Shown: positions 28,979 to 42,245 of the stretch, piece after piece | Numbering within the stretch: the stretch's first letter is position 1 | Layout: each line of letters begins with the position of its first letter | Assembly: GCA_963664225.1 (NCBI GenBank) | Contig: OY760937.1 | Span: 3,360,001-3,424,000, forward strand | Reading direction: 5' to 3' | Source of the DNA: Verrucomicrobiia bacterium | Lineage (GTDB): Bacteria > Verrucomicrobiota > Verrucomicrobiia > Limisphaerales > UBA1319 | DNA: 64,000 nucleotides | The notes under the pieces: generated by a model | What the model was told of the DNA's origin: nothing | What the model saw: the letters and a program-made list of their open reading frames with translations, nothing else | The model's database searches: none | Made by a program: the position numbers and the translations under genes

Positions 28979-30103
28979 TTACTTCGCCGCAGCTTCCCTG
29001 GTTGTTGCCTCTTTGGCCGCTGCCGCTTCTTCCGCCGGGGTGGGGGCGTTGCGCTTGGCCATGATCGCCTCCACAATGGTTGCCGCCAGCTCGGGTTTGT
29101 CCACGAGCGTCTGCCGCGCCGCATCCTTGCCCTGACCGATCAATTCGCCATTAAACTGGAGCCAGGCCCCTTTTTTCTCGACGACACCGTGGTCCAGACC
29201 CACATCGATGATGCTGCCTTCCTTGTTGATGCCGTGGTTGTAAATGATGTCGAACTCGGCTTCGGCAAAGGGCGGGGCCACCTTGTTCTTGACGATCTTC
29301 ACCTTCGTATGATTGCCCATGGCCAGACCGGCGGAGTCCTTGATCGTGTCCTTGCGCCGGATGTCGATACGCACGCTGGCGTAGAATTTCAGGGCCTTGC
29401 CGCCGGGGGTGGTTTCGGGGTTGCCGAACATCACGCCCACTTTTTCGCGCATCTGGTTGGTGAAAATGCAGGTCGTCTTGGCCTTGTTGAGCAACGCCGT
29501 GAGCTTGCGCAGGGCCTGGCTCATCAACCGTGCCTGCATGCCCATCGTCGCCATGCCCATCTCCCCTTCGAGTTCGGCCTTGGGAACGAGCGCGGCGACC
29601 GAATCGATCACGACCACGTCCAACGCGTTGGAACGCACCAGCGTTTCGCAAATGGTCAGGGCTTCCTCACCGCTGTCGGGTTGGGAAACCAGGAGGTCGT
29701 CGAGGTTGACGCCCAGTTTCTTCGCATAAGCGGGATCCAGCGCGTGCTCGGCATCGATAAACGCGGCCAAACCGCCCATTTTTTGCGCGTTGGCAATGAC
29801 ATGGAGCATCAGCGTGGTTTTGCCCGAGGATTCCGGCCCGAAGATTTCTACGACGCGGCCCCGGGGCAGGCCGCCCACACCCAGCGCCAGGTCCACCGCC
29901 AGCGCGCCGGTGGGGATGACGTCGATCTTGACCTTCGACCGGGCGTCGCCCAGGCGCATGATGCTGCCCTCGCCGTAGGTCTTGGTGATGGACGCAATGG
30001 CCGATTCCAGGTCGCGGCGGCGGGCGGTCTGGAGCTTCTCCGCCTCGGCAGCGCGGGCCTCAGAATTTTTGTCAGCGTTTTTATCGGCGGTTTTTGCAGC
30101 CAT
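28979..30103 (-). CDS. recA: Recombinase A
   Basis: [56 protein letters not shown]. Confidence 0.99.
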   Translation of the reverse strand: MAAKTADKNADKNSEARAAEAEKLQTARRRDLESAIASITKTYGEGSIMRLGDARSKVKIDVIPTGALAVDLALGVGGLPRGRVVEIFGPESSGKTTLMLHVIANAQKMGGLAAFIDAEHALDPAYAKKLGVNLDDLLVSQPDSGEEALTICETLVRSNALDVVVIDSVAALVPKAELEGEMGMATMGMQARLMSQALRKLTALLNKAKTTCIFTNQMREKVGVMFGNPETTPGGKALKFYASVRIDIRRKDTIKDSAGLAMGNHTKVKIVKNKVAPPFAEAEFDIIYNHGINKEGSIIDVGLDHGVVEKKGAWLQFNGELIGQGKDAARQTLVDKPELAATIVEAIMAKRNAPTPAEEAAAAKEATTREAAAK

Positions 30104-30127
30104 AATCAGTGTCGTTAAGTTCGTTTT

Positions 30128-30158
30128 TGTTAGTACGGAACACCCGGCCCTTAGTCAA
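30128..30158 (-). promoter_or_regulatory. Candidate recA promoter with overlapping palindromic operator
   Basis: Minus strand TTGACT-N17-TACTAA. The imperfect palindrome TGTTC-N5-TAACA (30128-30142) overlaps the -10. Confidence 0.5.
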
Positions 30159-30416
30159 TGGCCAATTCACCGAGTTCCACCAGTGCCACCACTTGGGCGG
30201 TGTCCTTATGTGTGCGATACTGCCGGATGGGGTGGGACATCCGCTGTCCACGCTCCCGGATTCCTTTTGCGCACAGCCCCATCATCCTGCAGCACCGGTC
30301 CCGTTTTGCAAGCCTGACCGCAGTGCATCGAAAGCTCGAACACCCGCCCTCACCCTATGAAATCCCGATTTCCGACCGCTTCGTGAAGGATTGCGCGAAG
30401 GCGGCATTATATTAGG

Positions 30417-30976
30417 ATGTGGCCGATGAAAGTATTGGGCGGATTAACTTGGATGGGGGTGGCGCTGGCTGTTGGCCTGGCGCTGAGCGCGCAGGCGACC
30501 CTCTTCATTCCACTGGGGCTTGCGGATCTGGCCAAAAAAGCCGATCTCGTGGTGCATGGCGTGGTTCTTGCAAAGCAGTGCGAGGCCGACAGCCAGGGGC
30601 GGATTTTCACCAAGGTGGAATTGCAGGTGATCGAGGTATGGAAGGGCGAGGTCAAAGGCAGCCCGTTGACCGTCGTTCATGGCGGCGGTGAACTGAACGG
30701 CCGACGCTCGATGGTGACCGGCCAGGTGGATTATCAGCCGGGTCAGGAGACGGTGGCTTTTCTGGTGCGCAACGCGCGCGGAGAGGCGGTGACGCTCGGT
30801 CTGGCGCAGGGGCAATTCCAGGTCTGGAAAGACGCGGTCACAGGCGAGAAGTTGGCGCGCAATATTTTTCTGGGCGGCGGTTCTTCAACCAATGGCTCCA
30901 TTCAAAAACTGGATGGCGGCGGGAACACGCGGTTGACGCTCGACAGCCTCAAACGCCAGGTCAAGGAGTCTGCGCA

Positions 30977-30980
<4 letters not shown>
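30417..30980 (+). CDS. Secreted hypothetical protein (NTR/TIMP-like OB-fold pattern)
   Basis: Signal peptide, then L.DL.KKADLVVHGVV...IFTKVELQVIEVWKG...GG...G...YQPGQETVAFL. Overlaps the next gene by ATGA. Confidence 0.75.
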
Positions 30981-34803
<3,823 letters not shown>

Positions 34804-34821
34804 TCACGTTCGAATGAACGT

Positions 34822-34890
34822 GCCGCTCCTCTGGAGCTTGAATCGCCTGATGGGAAAATTCCTATAAACATGGCGCTCCTCTGGAGCTTG
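34822..34890 (+). repeat. Direct pair of REP-like palindromes
   Basis: CGCTCCTCTGGAGCTTG occurs twice (about 34824 and 34874), each containing a GCTCC-TCT-GGAGC hairpin. Confidence 0.65.
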
Positions 34891-34955
34891 CGCCACCCCA
34901 ACTCAAGATACATCCCCGTCATTTTCCCAGCGCCATGAGCGCGGCATAATCATAA

Positions 34956-35270
34956 TCACTTCACCAGCTTCTCGTAAATTCTTACCTTCTGGCCGACCTT
35001 GAGTCGGGTCGTGTTCAGACCGGGATTGATGGCCTTCAAGTCCGCGATAGAGATGCCAAACTTGTGTGCAATACGTGCCACGGAATCACCCTTTGCAATG
35101 ACATAAACACGAAGGTCGTAGGTTGAACCCGGCAGCGAATTCGTGGCCGACAATAATGCCGCGTCCTCTCGGATGCTTTGAGTCTGTGCCTGGCGTTCAG
35201 TGGCACAACCCGCCATAACCAGGGCAGAAAGCGCCACGGAAACAATAAGCAATGGATGTCCTATTTTCAT
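34956..35270 (-). CDS. LysM-domain lipoprotein
   Basis: Lipobox MAGC; YVIAKGDSVARIAHKFGISIADLKAINPGLNTTRLKVGQKVRI. Confidence 0.9.
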   Translation of the reverse strand: MKIGHPLLIVSVALSALVMAGCATERQAQTQSIREDAALLSATNSLPGSTYDLRVYVIAKGDSVARIAHKFGISIADLKAINPGLNTTRLKVGQKVRIYEKLVK

Positions 35271-35283
35271 GATGTGTGATGCG

Positions 35284-35380
35284 GTCTAACGACCCAAGTT
35301 CAGCGATCCGACGCAAGGGACGCATGGGTTGCAGCCAGTGCGCGATGGCCCGCCGCCATTCGCTGATGCGCATGTCAGGT
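35284..35380 (-). mobile_element. Integron attC-like recombination site (slightly decayed)
   Basis: Minus strand ACCTGAC (R'', one mismatch)...TCAGCGA...TCGCTGA (perfect inner inverted repeat)...GTTAGAC (GTTRRRY). 97 bp, between two short co-oriented genes, ending 13 nt before an ATG. Confidence 0.7.
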
Positions 35381-35402
35381 GGCGTTCGTATAACCAATGA
35401 TT

Positions 35403-35588
35403 TCATGTTTGCTTCGGCCTCTTGAAGTAGAGCACATACTGAACAACTAGCCAATCGTAGCTCACGCTGACGAGTTCCCAACCTTCCTTTCCAAGATCGT
35501 CGCAGAGTTTTTTGACTCCAACGAGCTTGTTGGAACGCAGCCGGAAAATTCCTTTGACCGTTTCAATTTTGTATTCCCAGAGTGTCAT
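35403..35588 (-). CDS. DUF4177-like small protein
   Basis: WEYK......L..LGKEGWELVSV.....YFKRP pattern in 61 aa. Confidence 0.85.
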   Translation of the reverse strand: MTLWEYKIETVKGIFRLRSNKLVGVKKLCDDLGKEGWELVSVSYDWLVVQYVLYFKRPKQT

Positions 35589-35785
35589 GGTGACGGGATT
35601 CCGCCTATACGGATTAATATTCTCAAACGCAGACGGAGGAAATAAACCGGGTCTCCGCTGTCTGAGTTGCGAGAATAACCCTGCATCGTATTAAAAAGCA
35701 AGACAATAGTGATTTTTGTTCGTGGCGCGACGGAAAATAGTGTCTGGGGTGATGCGAAGCGGTCCAGCATGCGCTTTACGCGTTG

Positions 35786-36496
35786 TTAAGCGCCCAATCG
35801 ATATTCCTGAAGCGTGCGCACCGAATGGGCGGCGGCATACCAATCGCACCAGATCAGTTGGAGGCGGCTGACCTCCGTTTCACCAAAGTCGAGCTGACGG
35901 TCTTCTTCAAGCAGGGAAGTCAGCCGTTTCAAATTGGCAACCGGCTTTTGAAACCGCATGGCTGTAATATGCGCGGCGGTGATTTTGTAGCGACGGTCCA
36001 ACATGCCGCCAAAGCCGCCGCGCGCGAAAGCCGCACGCAGATCGTCGCGGATTTTTGCCAGACCATCGCCCGTTGGAAATCCCTGGATGAGCACGCTGCC
36101 GGGCGCCGCCGTGACACCCTTGAAAGCAATCTTGAACGCAGGCTGGCGGCTCAATACCTCGCTGAGGATGGGACGGCAGGCGGCGAGTGAACGCATTTCC
36201 TTTCGCCAGAGTTCCGAGCCGGAGATGATGGAGAGCACGGTGACGTGGAGTTCCTCGGGACGGTAATAATATTGCCCCGGGCAAACTGTGGCCAGTCGAT
36301 CCAGGTAATCTCCCACTCTGGCTTGCACGGCTGGTGACGGGCGCAACACGAGGGTGACACACCGCCGCAAATCGGTGGTCCTGTGCGACAAGAGCGGGTC
36401 AATCTGCGGCTCGCCCCGCTCAAAAGCGGACGCGGCCTCGTTCCAAAGCCCTTCGTAAATTGCCGATGTATTAGTGGTCATTTTCAAAACAGCCAA
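35786..36496 (-). CDS. 2H phosphoesterase (2'-5' RNA ligase-like) family protein
   Basis: Two HxT motifs (LHVTVL, AHITAMRF) about 90 aa apart. Confidence 0.8.
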   Translation of the reverse strand: MAVLKMTTNTSAIYEGLWNEAASAFERGEPQIDPLLSHRTTDLRRCVTLVLRPSPAVQARVGDYLDRLATVCPGQYYYRPEELHVTVLSIISGSELWRKEMRSLAACRPILSEVLSRQPAFKIAFKGVTAAPGSVLIQGFPTGDGLAKIRDDLRAAFARGGFGGMLDRRYKITAAHITAMRFQKPVANLKRLTSLLEEDRQLDFGETEVSRLQLIWCDWYAAAHSVRTLQEYRLGA

Positions 36497-36832
36497 CGTG
36501 GCTCAGTGTGGCCATTCGAGGCTGGTTGATCAACTGTGGACAGATGCACTGGTATGTATCGGGCGCAGAGTAGAAATCCAGGCGCAAAACGGACCGAGCT
36601 TGAAAGACGGAAGCAAAATCCAGAACTGCAATGCCTCGCACCCGCAGCGGCGTCCTCGACAAGGCCAAATACCAGGAACTCTGCGGGGAACAGGTGTCTG
36701 GTCAAAATCCGGCATGGGGTGAACACCCCATGGCGGTCGCATGTGTTTCCGCATAAACTGGAAGTTGGGCTTAAAAGTTATTGGCTTTTCCAAGCCGCAC
36801 CATCGGTCGAAATCCATTCAGAAGATGGAAAT

Positions 36833-38812
36833 ATGAGCAATGACCATCAATCAGGGGATATGCCCGGCCAGGACACGGAGTTTCGACGCATGGAGTTGCG
36901 GAGTGAACAGGCGATCCACGCGTCCGAACTTGGTTACCGGCGGTTATTCGAGGCAGCGCAGGTGGGCATCCTGATATTGGAAGCCGACACGGGGCGCATC
37001 ATCGACGTGAATCCCTTCCTGGTCGAGTTGCTGGGTTTTTCTCATGCCGAACTGGTCGGCGCGCCCCTCTGGGAAGTGAGCGCGTTTCGGGAGATCGTCT
37101 CCGACAAGACCGCGTTCGATTCAATACACCAGGTAGGTGGTTTTCTCTCCGAAAATCTGACTCTGAAAACGAAAAATGGGCGCATCATAACAGTGGAGTG
37201 TGTCAGCAACGTATATCAGGTCGGAGACAGGAAGGTGATGCAATGCCACATAAACGACATCACAGAACGCAAAGCGAGGGAAGCGGCGCTGCAAAACGTC
37301 GAGCAACGGTTGCGGCTCGTCTTCAGTGAGTCACCCATGGGCATCGCGCTGGTCGGCGAGGATGGCCGACCTGTGCTGACGAATGCGGCCCTGCAAAAGA
37401 TGCTCGGTTATACGGGCGAGGAATTGTGCCGGATGCCCTTCACGGTATTCACGCATCCGGATGATTGCGCGGCGGACCACGAACTTTACCAACAATTGCT
37501 CCAGGGCGCACGCAAAAGCTACCAGATGGAAAAGCGCTTCATCTGCAAAGCCGGTAAAATAGTACATGTGCGTCTGACGGTGAGTGTGGCGCGTGAGGCT
37601 GAAGACCACGCGGATTTCGCCATCGGCATGGTCGAGGATATCACAGAGCGCCGCCAGTTGGAGATGCAGTTTATCGAAGCGCAAAAGATGGAAGTAATCG
37701 GGCATCTCGCCAGCGGCGTGGCGCATGACTTCAATAATATTCTCGGGGTCATCATGGGTTACAGTGATTTGCTCAGGATGGAGCTGGGTGCGGGCAACCC
37801 ATTGCAAACCTATGCCGAAGAGATCAGGCACGCATCGGACCGTGCGGCCCGGCTGTCACAGCAATTGCTTGTCTTCAGCCGCAAACAACTGGTGCAACCC
37901 GTCGTGTTCGATCTCAATGATGTGGTGCGGGACATGGACAAAATGCTGCGAAGGCTGATTGACGAGAACATCGAAATGAACTTTGTTCCCGAAAAACAAA
38001 TCGGCCGTATCAAGGCCGATCCCGGTCATGTCGGGCAGGTGCTGATGAATCTGGTCATCAATGCCCGGGATGCCATGCCCAATGGCGGCCATCTCGACAT
38101 CGCCACCAGCAATGTCACGCTCGATGAAAATCACGCGGGCGAGGACAAGGACACAAAACCCGGGGAGTATGTGATGTTGAGCGTCAAGGACACGGGCAAT
38201 GGCATGACGGACGAAGTCAAAGCACACTTGTTTGAGGCATTTTTTACGACCAAACCACCAGGCAAAGGTACAGGACTGGGGCTTGCGACGTGCCATACCA
38301 TCGTTGAACAATGTGCCGGCCACATCGAATTTTTCAGTGAAGTGGGCAAAGGCACGACCTTCAGAGTTTATTTTCCACGGGCCTATCAACCATTGAACTC
38401 CAGCACGAGGATTTTAAAAGACGGGCCGCTGCCGCGCGGAACGGAGACCCTGCTGGTCGTGGAAGACGATCCCGCCGTGCGGCATCTGGCGGCCGACGTG
38501 TTGAAAGCCCAGGGGTACATCGTCCTGCGGGCTGCGAACGGTCAGGATGCATTGCGCATTGTGAATGAACACAAAGGATCACAGGTCAGCCTGGTGATCA
38601 CCGATGTCATCATGCCGCTGATGGGCGGCAAAGTGATGGCAGAGTGGCTCAAGACAACCAATCCCGATATTAAAATCCTCTTCACTTCGGGCTACACGGA
38701 TGACGCCATCGCTCATCATGGCGTGATTGAATCGGACGTTTCGTTCCTGCCCAAACCATACACTCCGGGAATCCTCGCCCGAAGGGTCCGCGAAATGATC
38801 GATGCCGCATGA
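36833..38812 (+). CDS. Cytoplasmic hybrid sensor histidine kinase (2 PAS - HisKA - HATPase - REC; CckA-like)
   Basis: GVAHDFNNIL H-box, NLVINARDAM, DTGNGM, FFTTK..GKGTGLGL, and a receiver with TDVIMP and KP. The start is uncertain. Confidence 0.92.
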   Translation: MSNDHQSGDMPGQDTEFRRMELRSEQAIHASELGYRRLFEAAQVGILILEADTGRIIDVNPFLVELLGFSHAELVGAPLWEVSAFREIVSDKTAFDSIHQVGGFLSENLTLKTKNGRIITVECVSNVYQVGDRKVMQCHINDITERKAREAALQNVEQRLRLVFSESPMGIALVGEDGRPVLTNAALQKMLGYTGEELCRMPFTVFTHPDDCAADHELYQQLLQGARKSYQMEKRFICKAGKIVHVRLTVSVAREAEDHADFAIGMVEDITERRQLEMQFIEAQKMEVIGHLASGVAHDFNNILGVIMGYSDLLRMELGAGNPLQTYAEEIRHASDRAARLSQQLLVFSRKQLVQPVVFDLNDVVRDMDKMLRRLIDENIEMNFVPEKQIGRIKADPGHVGQVLMNLVINARDAMPNGGHLDIATSNVTLDENHAGEDKDTKPGEYVMLSVKDTGNGMTDEVKAHLFEAFFTTKPPGKGTGLGLATCHTIVEQCAGHIEFFSEVGKGTTFRVYFPRAYQPLNSSTRILKDGPLPRGTETLLVVEDDPAVRHLAADVLKAQGYIVLRAANGQDALRIVNEHKGSQVSLVITDVIMPLMGGKVMAEWLKTTNPDIKILFTSGYTDDAIAHHGVIESDVSFLPKPYTPGILARRVREMIDAA

Positions 38813-38826
38813 GTTGAGCCGCCTGT

Positions 38827-41800
38827 ATGTTCAAGCCCCCTGAATTGTCGGCCAGCCGCACGACCTGGAATCGGATCACGTTCCGCATTCTTATCCCACT
38901 GGTTCTGATGCTGGTCGTGTTGCAGGCGACCTTTGCGTTCTCAGTCTGGCGTATTCAACAGAAGCAACTGTCCGCGGCCACGGAACTCTCGACGCGGGAG
39001 GTGGAGCGATTGCTGCACGCCGAAGAAAGTCAAAAAATTGCCTTTTTGAAGTCGATCCTGGAAGCCGTCATGAACGACGAACAAATGGGCGAGGCGTTTC
39101 AGCGACATGACCGCGCGGCGTTGCTGGAACGCGCCGGTCCGTTGTTCGCTTCGCTTAAATCCGGGCATGCCATCACACAATTTTATTTTTATCTTCCCGA
39201 CCGGACGGTGCTGTTGCGGATGCATGATCCCGGGGTCAGTGGCGATAGGATTGACCGCAAGACGCTGCTGGCGGCGGAACGGACGGGACGGGCTTCAGCG
39301 GGCATCGAGTTTGGTTTGAACGGCGTTTACACCCTCCGGGTTGTTTCCCCATGGCGTCAGGCCGGGAAGTTGCTGGGTTACCTCGAAATGGGCGTGGTAT
39401 TTGAATCCATCACCCGGGACATCCATAACCAATTGGATGAGGACGTGGATTTTGTGGTGGTGGTGGACAAAAAACATCTGGATCGGCAGCAATGGGCCGA
39501 GGCTGCAAAACGCGCCGGGCGGGCGGATGATTGGAATCGATTCCCGAATATGGTCCTGATCGTCAATACGACAGAGACACTTTCACAACTCGCGGTCGAT
39601 TATCTTCTGGCGACAAATTGGACGAAAAGTTCCTGGCAGGAGGGCAATTCCCGGGCGGTCCTTCTCCCGCTGACCGATTTCAATGGTGAAGCTCCCGGCC
39701 AGTTGATCGTGATTCAAGATGTGGCGGAACAGGTGGCGGCAACGGGCCGATCTCTCCGTTTCGTTTTGATGTTTAACATCATTGTGGGCGCGGTGGTGCT
39801 CGGTTTCTTTTATTACTTCCTGGTGGGCGTCGAGAAGGACCTGTTGGATCGGACCATGGAGTTGCGGCGGAAGACGGCCTTCCTCGAAGCCCAGGTGAAT
39901 TCCTCCATGGATGGCATATTAATGGTCGATAATAATGGCAGTGTTGCCATTGAAAACCGCCGTTTTGTTGACTTGCTAAAAATTCCACCGCATGTCGCTC
40001 AGGAGAAAACGAGCGAGAACCCGATCCATTGGGTTGCGGACATGGCCCAACATCCGGAGCAGTTTCACAAAAGAGTCACTTACCTTCATGATCACCCGGA
40101 CGAAGCCAGCCATGATGAAATCGAGCTTAAGAACGGGATGGTGCTGGAGCAATACACGGCTGCCGTTGTTGGGGAGGACGGGAAACGCCATGGTCGAATC
40201 TGGAATTTGCGCGACATTACCTGGCGCAAGGAGGCGCAAGAGGCGTTGCGCGCATCAAAGCGGATCCTTGAGGGGATCATCAACGCAATACCCGCGAGGA
40301 TATTCTGGAAGGATGAGAATCTGGTTTACCTGGGTTGCAACTCGGTATTTGCACGTGATGCGGGGTTTGCCGATCCGAAAGACATCATCGGGAAAGACGA
40401 TTACCAGATGGGCTGGCGTGATCAGGCGGAATTGTATCGCAAAGACGACTATCAGGTGATCGAGAGTGGCAACTCCAGGTTGCTCACCGAAGAGCCCCAG
40501 ACGACTCCGGAAGGGAACACCATCACGCTACTGACGAGCAAGGTGCCTCTGCGCAATTCCAGCGGGGAAATCTGTGGGATCATCGGGATGTATATGGATA
40601 TCACTCCGCGCAAGAGAGCCGAGGAAGCATTGTTGGAAACCGAATCCCGTCTCGCTCACGCCATGAACATGGCGCAGTTGGTGGCCTGGGAGTATGACGT
40701 GGACCGCGGACTTTTCACCTTCAGCGATCGCTACTACGTTTTTCAAGGTACCACCGCCGAATTGGAAGGCGGCTACCAGATGTCCGCCAGGGATTTTGCC
40801 AGGAAATACGTCGTTCCGGAAGATGCACACCTGGTGGCCGATGAAATTGCCAACGCCGTTGCCACGACGGATCCGAATTACCAAAAGGTAATCGAGAGTC
40901 GCATTCTTCGCCGGGACGGCACGATTCGATATGTGCTCGTAAACATTTCGATTACCAAAGATGCCGCAGGGCGGACCATTCAGATCCATGGCGCCAACCA
41001 GGACATTACGGAGCGCAAACAGCTCGAAACCCGAGTGCTCCAATCCCAGAAGATGGAAACCGTGGGCAAGCTGGCTGGCGGTGTCGCCCACGAGTTTAAC
41101 AGCATTCTGACGGCCATCATCGGCCAGAGCGAATTGCTTCTGGAAGACCTTCCCGCCGGGAGCCCGTTGATGAAAAATGCCACCGAAATCTGCGAAGCGG
41201 CCCGTCGGGCCGCCTCAGTGACCCAGCAGCTCCTGGCCTACGGCCGCAAGCAAATGCTCCGACCGGAGATCCTCGATCTGAATCGGGTCATCGCGGACAT
41301 TTCCCGTATGTTGCACCATTTCTTGGGGAAAGATGTGGATGTGCATATTGTTCCGGCTGCAGACCTGCATGCGGTGGAGGTGGATGCCGGACAAATTGAG
41401 CAAGTGATCATGAACCTGGCAATCAACGCGCGCGATGCCATGCCCACCGGCGGCAAACTCACGTTGGAAACCGCCAACGTCTCATTCGATCCGGAGACCG
41501 TGGGCCGGTATCCCGAATTAAAACCAGGAGACTATGCGATGCTGGCCATCACAGACACCGGCACGGGCATGAGCGCCGAGACAAAAAAACACCTTTTCGA
41601 GCCGTTTTTTTCAACAAAAGATGTTGGACAGGGCACCGGATTGGGGCTGTCCACCTGCTATGGCATTATCAAACAAAGCGGCGGGCACATCAGCGTTTAT
41701 AGCGAGCCGGGGCGGGGCACGATTTTCAAAATATATCTCCCGCAAGTCGGACAGAAGCCGAACAATCGCCTGCCGCGTCTTGACTCGGATTTGCCGCGCG

Positions 41801-42189
41801 GAACGGAAACCATTCTGCTGGTGGAGGATGATCGAGCATTGCGGGAAATGGCGACGACCCTGTTAATACGCTTGGGTTACAAAGTTTTGGCGGCAGCCGA
41901 TGGCATCGAAGCCTTGAGACTGAAGCTGCAGCACGGCGGCGGACACATCGATTTGTTATTCACGGATGTCGTCATGCCGCACATGACCGGCAAGGAGCTG
42001 GCTGATCGTTTGAAAATGTCGAGTCCAGACACGCGGGTTCTTTACACCTCCGCATTCACTTCAAATGCCATCGTCCACCAAGGCGTGTTGGACAAAGGCG
42101 TGGCGCTGCTGCAGAAACCGTTCACGCCGTCCGCGCTGGCTCAAAAATTACGCGAAGTGCTAAACGGACCGGCGGATCTGAAAGCTTAA
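38827..42189 (+). CDS. Membrane hybrid sensor histidine kinase (Cache-like sensor, 3 PAS, HK, REC)
   Basis: Two TM helices flank an extracytoplasmic domain (VLLRMHDP...GD). PAS/PAC repeats, GVAHEFNSIL H-box, receiver TDVVMP. Confidence 0.93.
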   Translation: MFKPPELSASRTTWNRITFRILIPLVLMLVVLQATFAFSVWRIQQKQLSAATELSTREVERLLHAEESQKIAFLKSILEAVMNDEQMGEAFQRHDRAALLERAGPLFASLKSGHAITQFYFYLPDRTVLLRMHDPGVSGDRIDRKTLLAAERTGRASAGIEFGLNGVYTLRVVSPWRQAGKLLGYLEMGVVFESITRDIHNQLDEDVDFVVVVDKKHLDRQQWAEAAKRAGRADDWNRFPNMVLIVNTTETLSQLAVDYLLATNWTKSSWQEGNSRAVLLPLTDFNGEAPGQLIVIQDVAEQVAATGRSLRFVLMFNIIVGAVVLGFFYYFLVGVEKDLLDRTMELRRKTAFLEAQVNSSMDGILMVDNNGSVAIENRRFVDLLKIPPHVAQEKTSENPIHWVADMAQHPEQFHKRVTYLHDHPDEASHDEIELKNGMVLEQYTAAVVGEDGKRHGRIWNLRDITWRKEAQEALRASKRILEGIINAIPARIFWKDENLVYLGCNSVFARDAGFADPKDIIGKDDYQMGWRDQAELYRKDDYQVIESGNSRLLTEEPQTTPEGNTITLLTSKVPLRNSSGEICGIIGMYMDITPRKRAEEALLETESRLAHAMNMAQLVAWEYDVDRGLFTFSDRYYVFQGTTAELEGGYQMSARDFARKYVVPEDAHLVADEIANAVATTDPNYQKVIESRILRRDGTIRYVLVNISITKDAAGRTIQIHGANQDITERKQLETRVLQSQKMETVGKLAGGVAHEFNSILTAIIGQSELLLEDLPAGSPLMKNATEICEAARRAASVTQQLLAYGRKQMLRPEILDLNRVIADISRMLHHFLGKDVDVHIVPAADLHAVEVDAGQIEQVIMNLAINARDAMPTGGKLTLETANVSFDPETVGRYPELKPGDYAMLAITDTGTGMSAETKKHLFEPFFSTKDVGQGTGLGLSTCYGIIKQSGGHISVYSEPGRGTIFKIYLPQVGQKPNNRLPRLDSDLPRGTETILLVEDDRALREMATTLLIRLGYKVLAAADGIEALRLKLQHGGGHIDLLFTDVVMPHMTGKELADRLKMSSPDTRVLYTSAFTSNAIVHQGVLDKGVALLQKPFTPSALAQKLREVLNGPADLKA

Positions 42190-42245
42190 GACGTTCTTAA
42201 AATCCCCCTGTCGTTTTATCCAAATGAGGGTATAATGGCCGGACG

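Noticed and set aside
30151..30285. Short minus-strand ORF (MMGLCAKGIRERG...) upstream of recA
   Set aside because: About 44 codons with no motif or RBS, and it ends inside the putative recA promoter.
36580..36630. CCG..TTGAAAGACGGAAGCAAAA resembling a c-di-GMP-I riboswitch upstream of the PAS kinase
   Set aside because: Only the GAAA loop and GCAAAA are present. The P1/P3 pairings and the GGCAAAC element cannot be formed. A cmscan with the c-di-GMP-I model would settle it.
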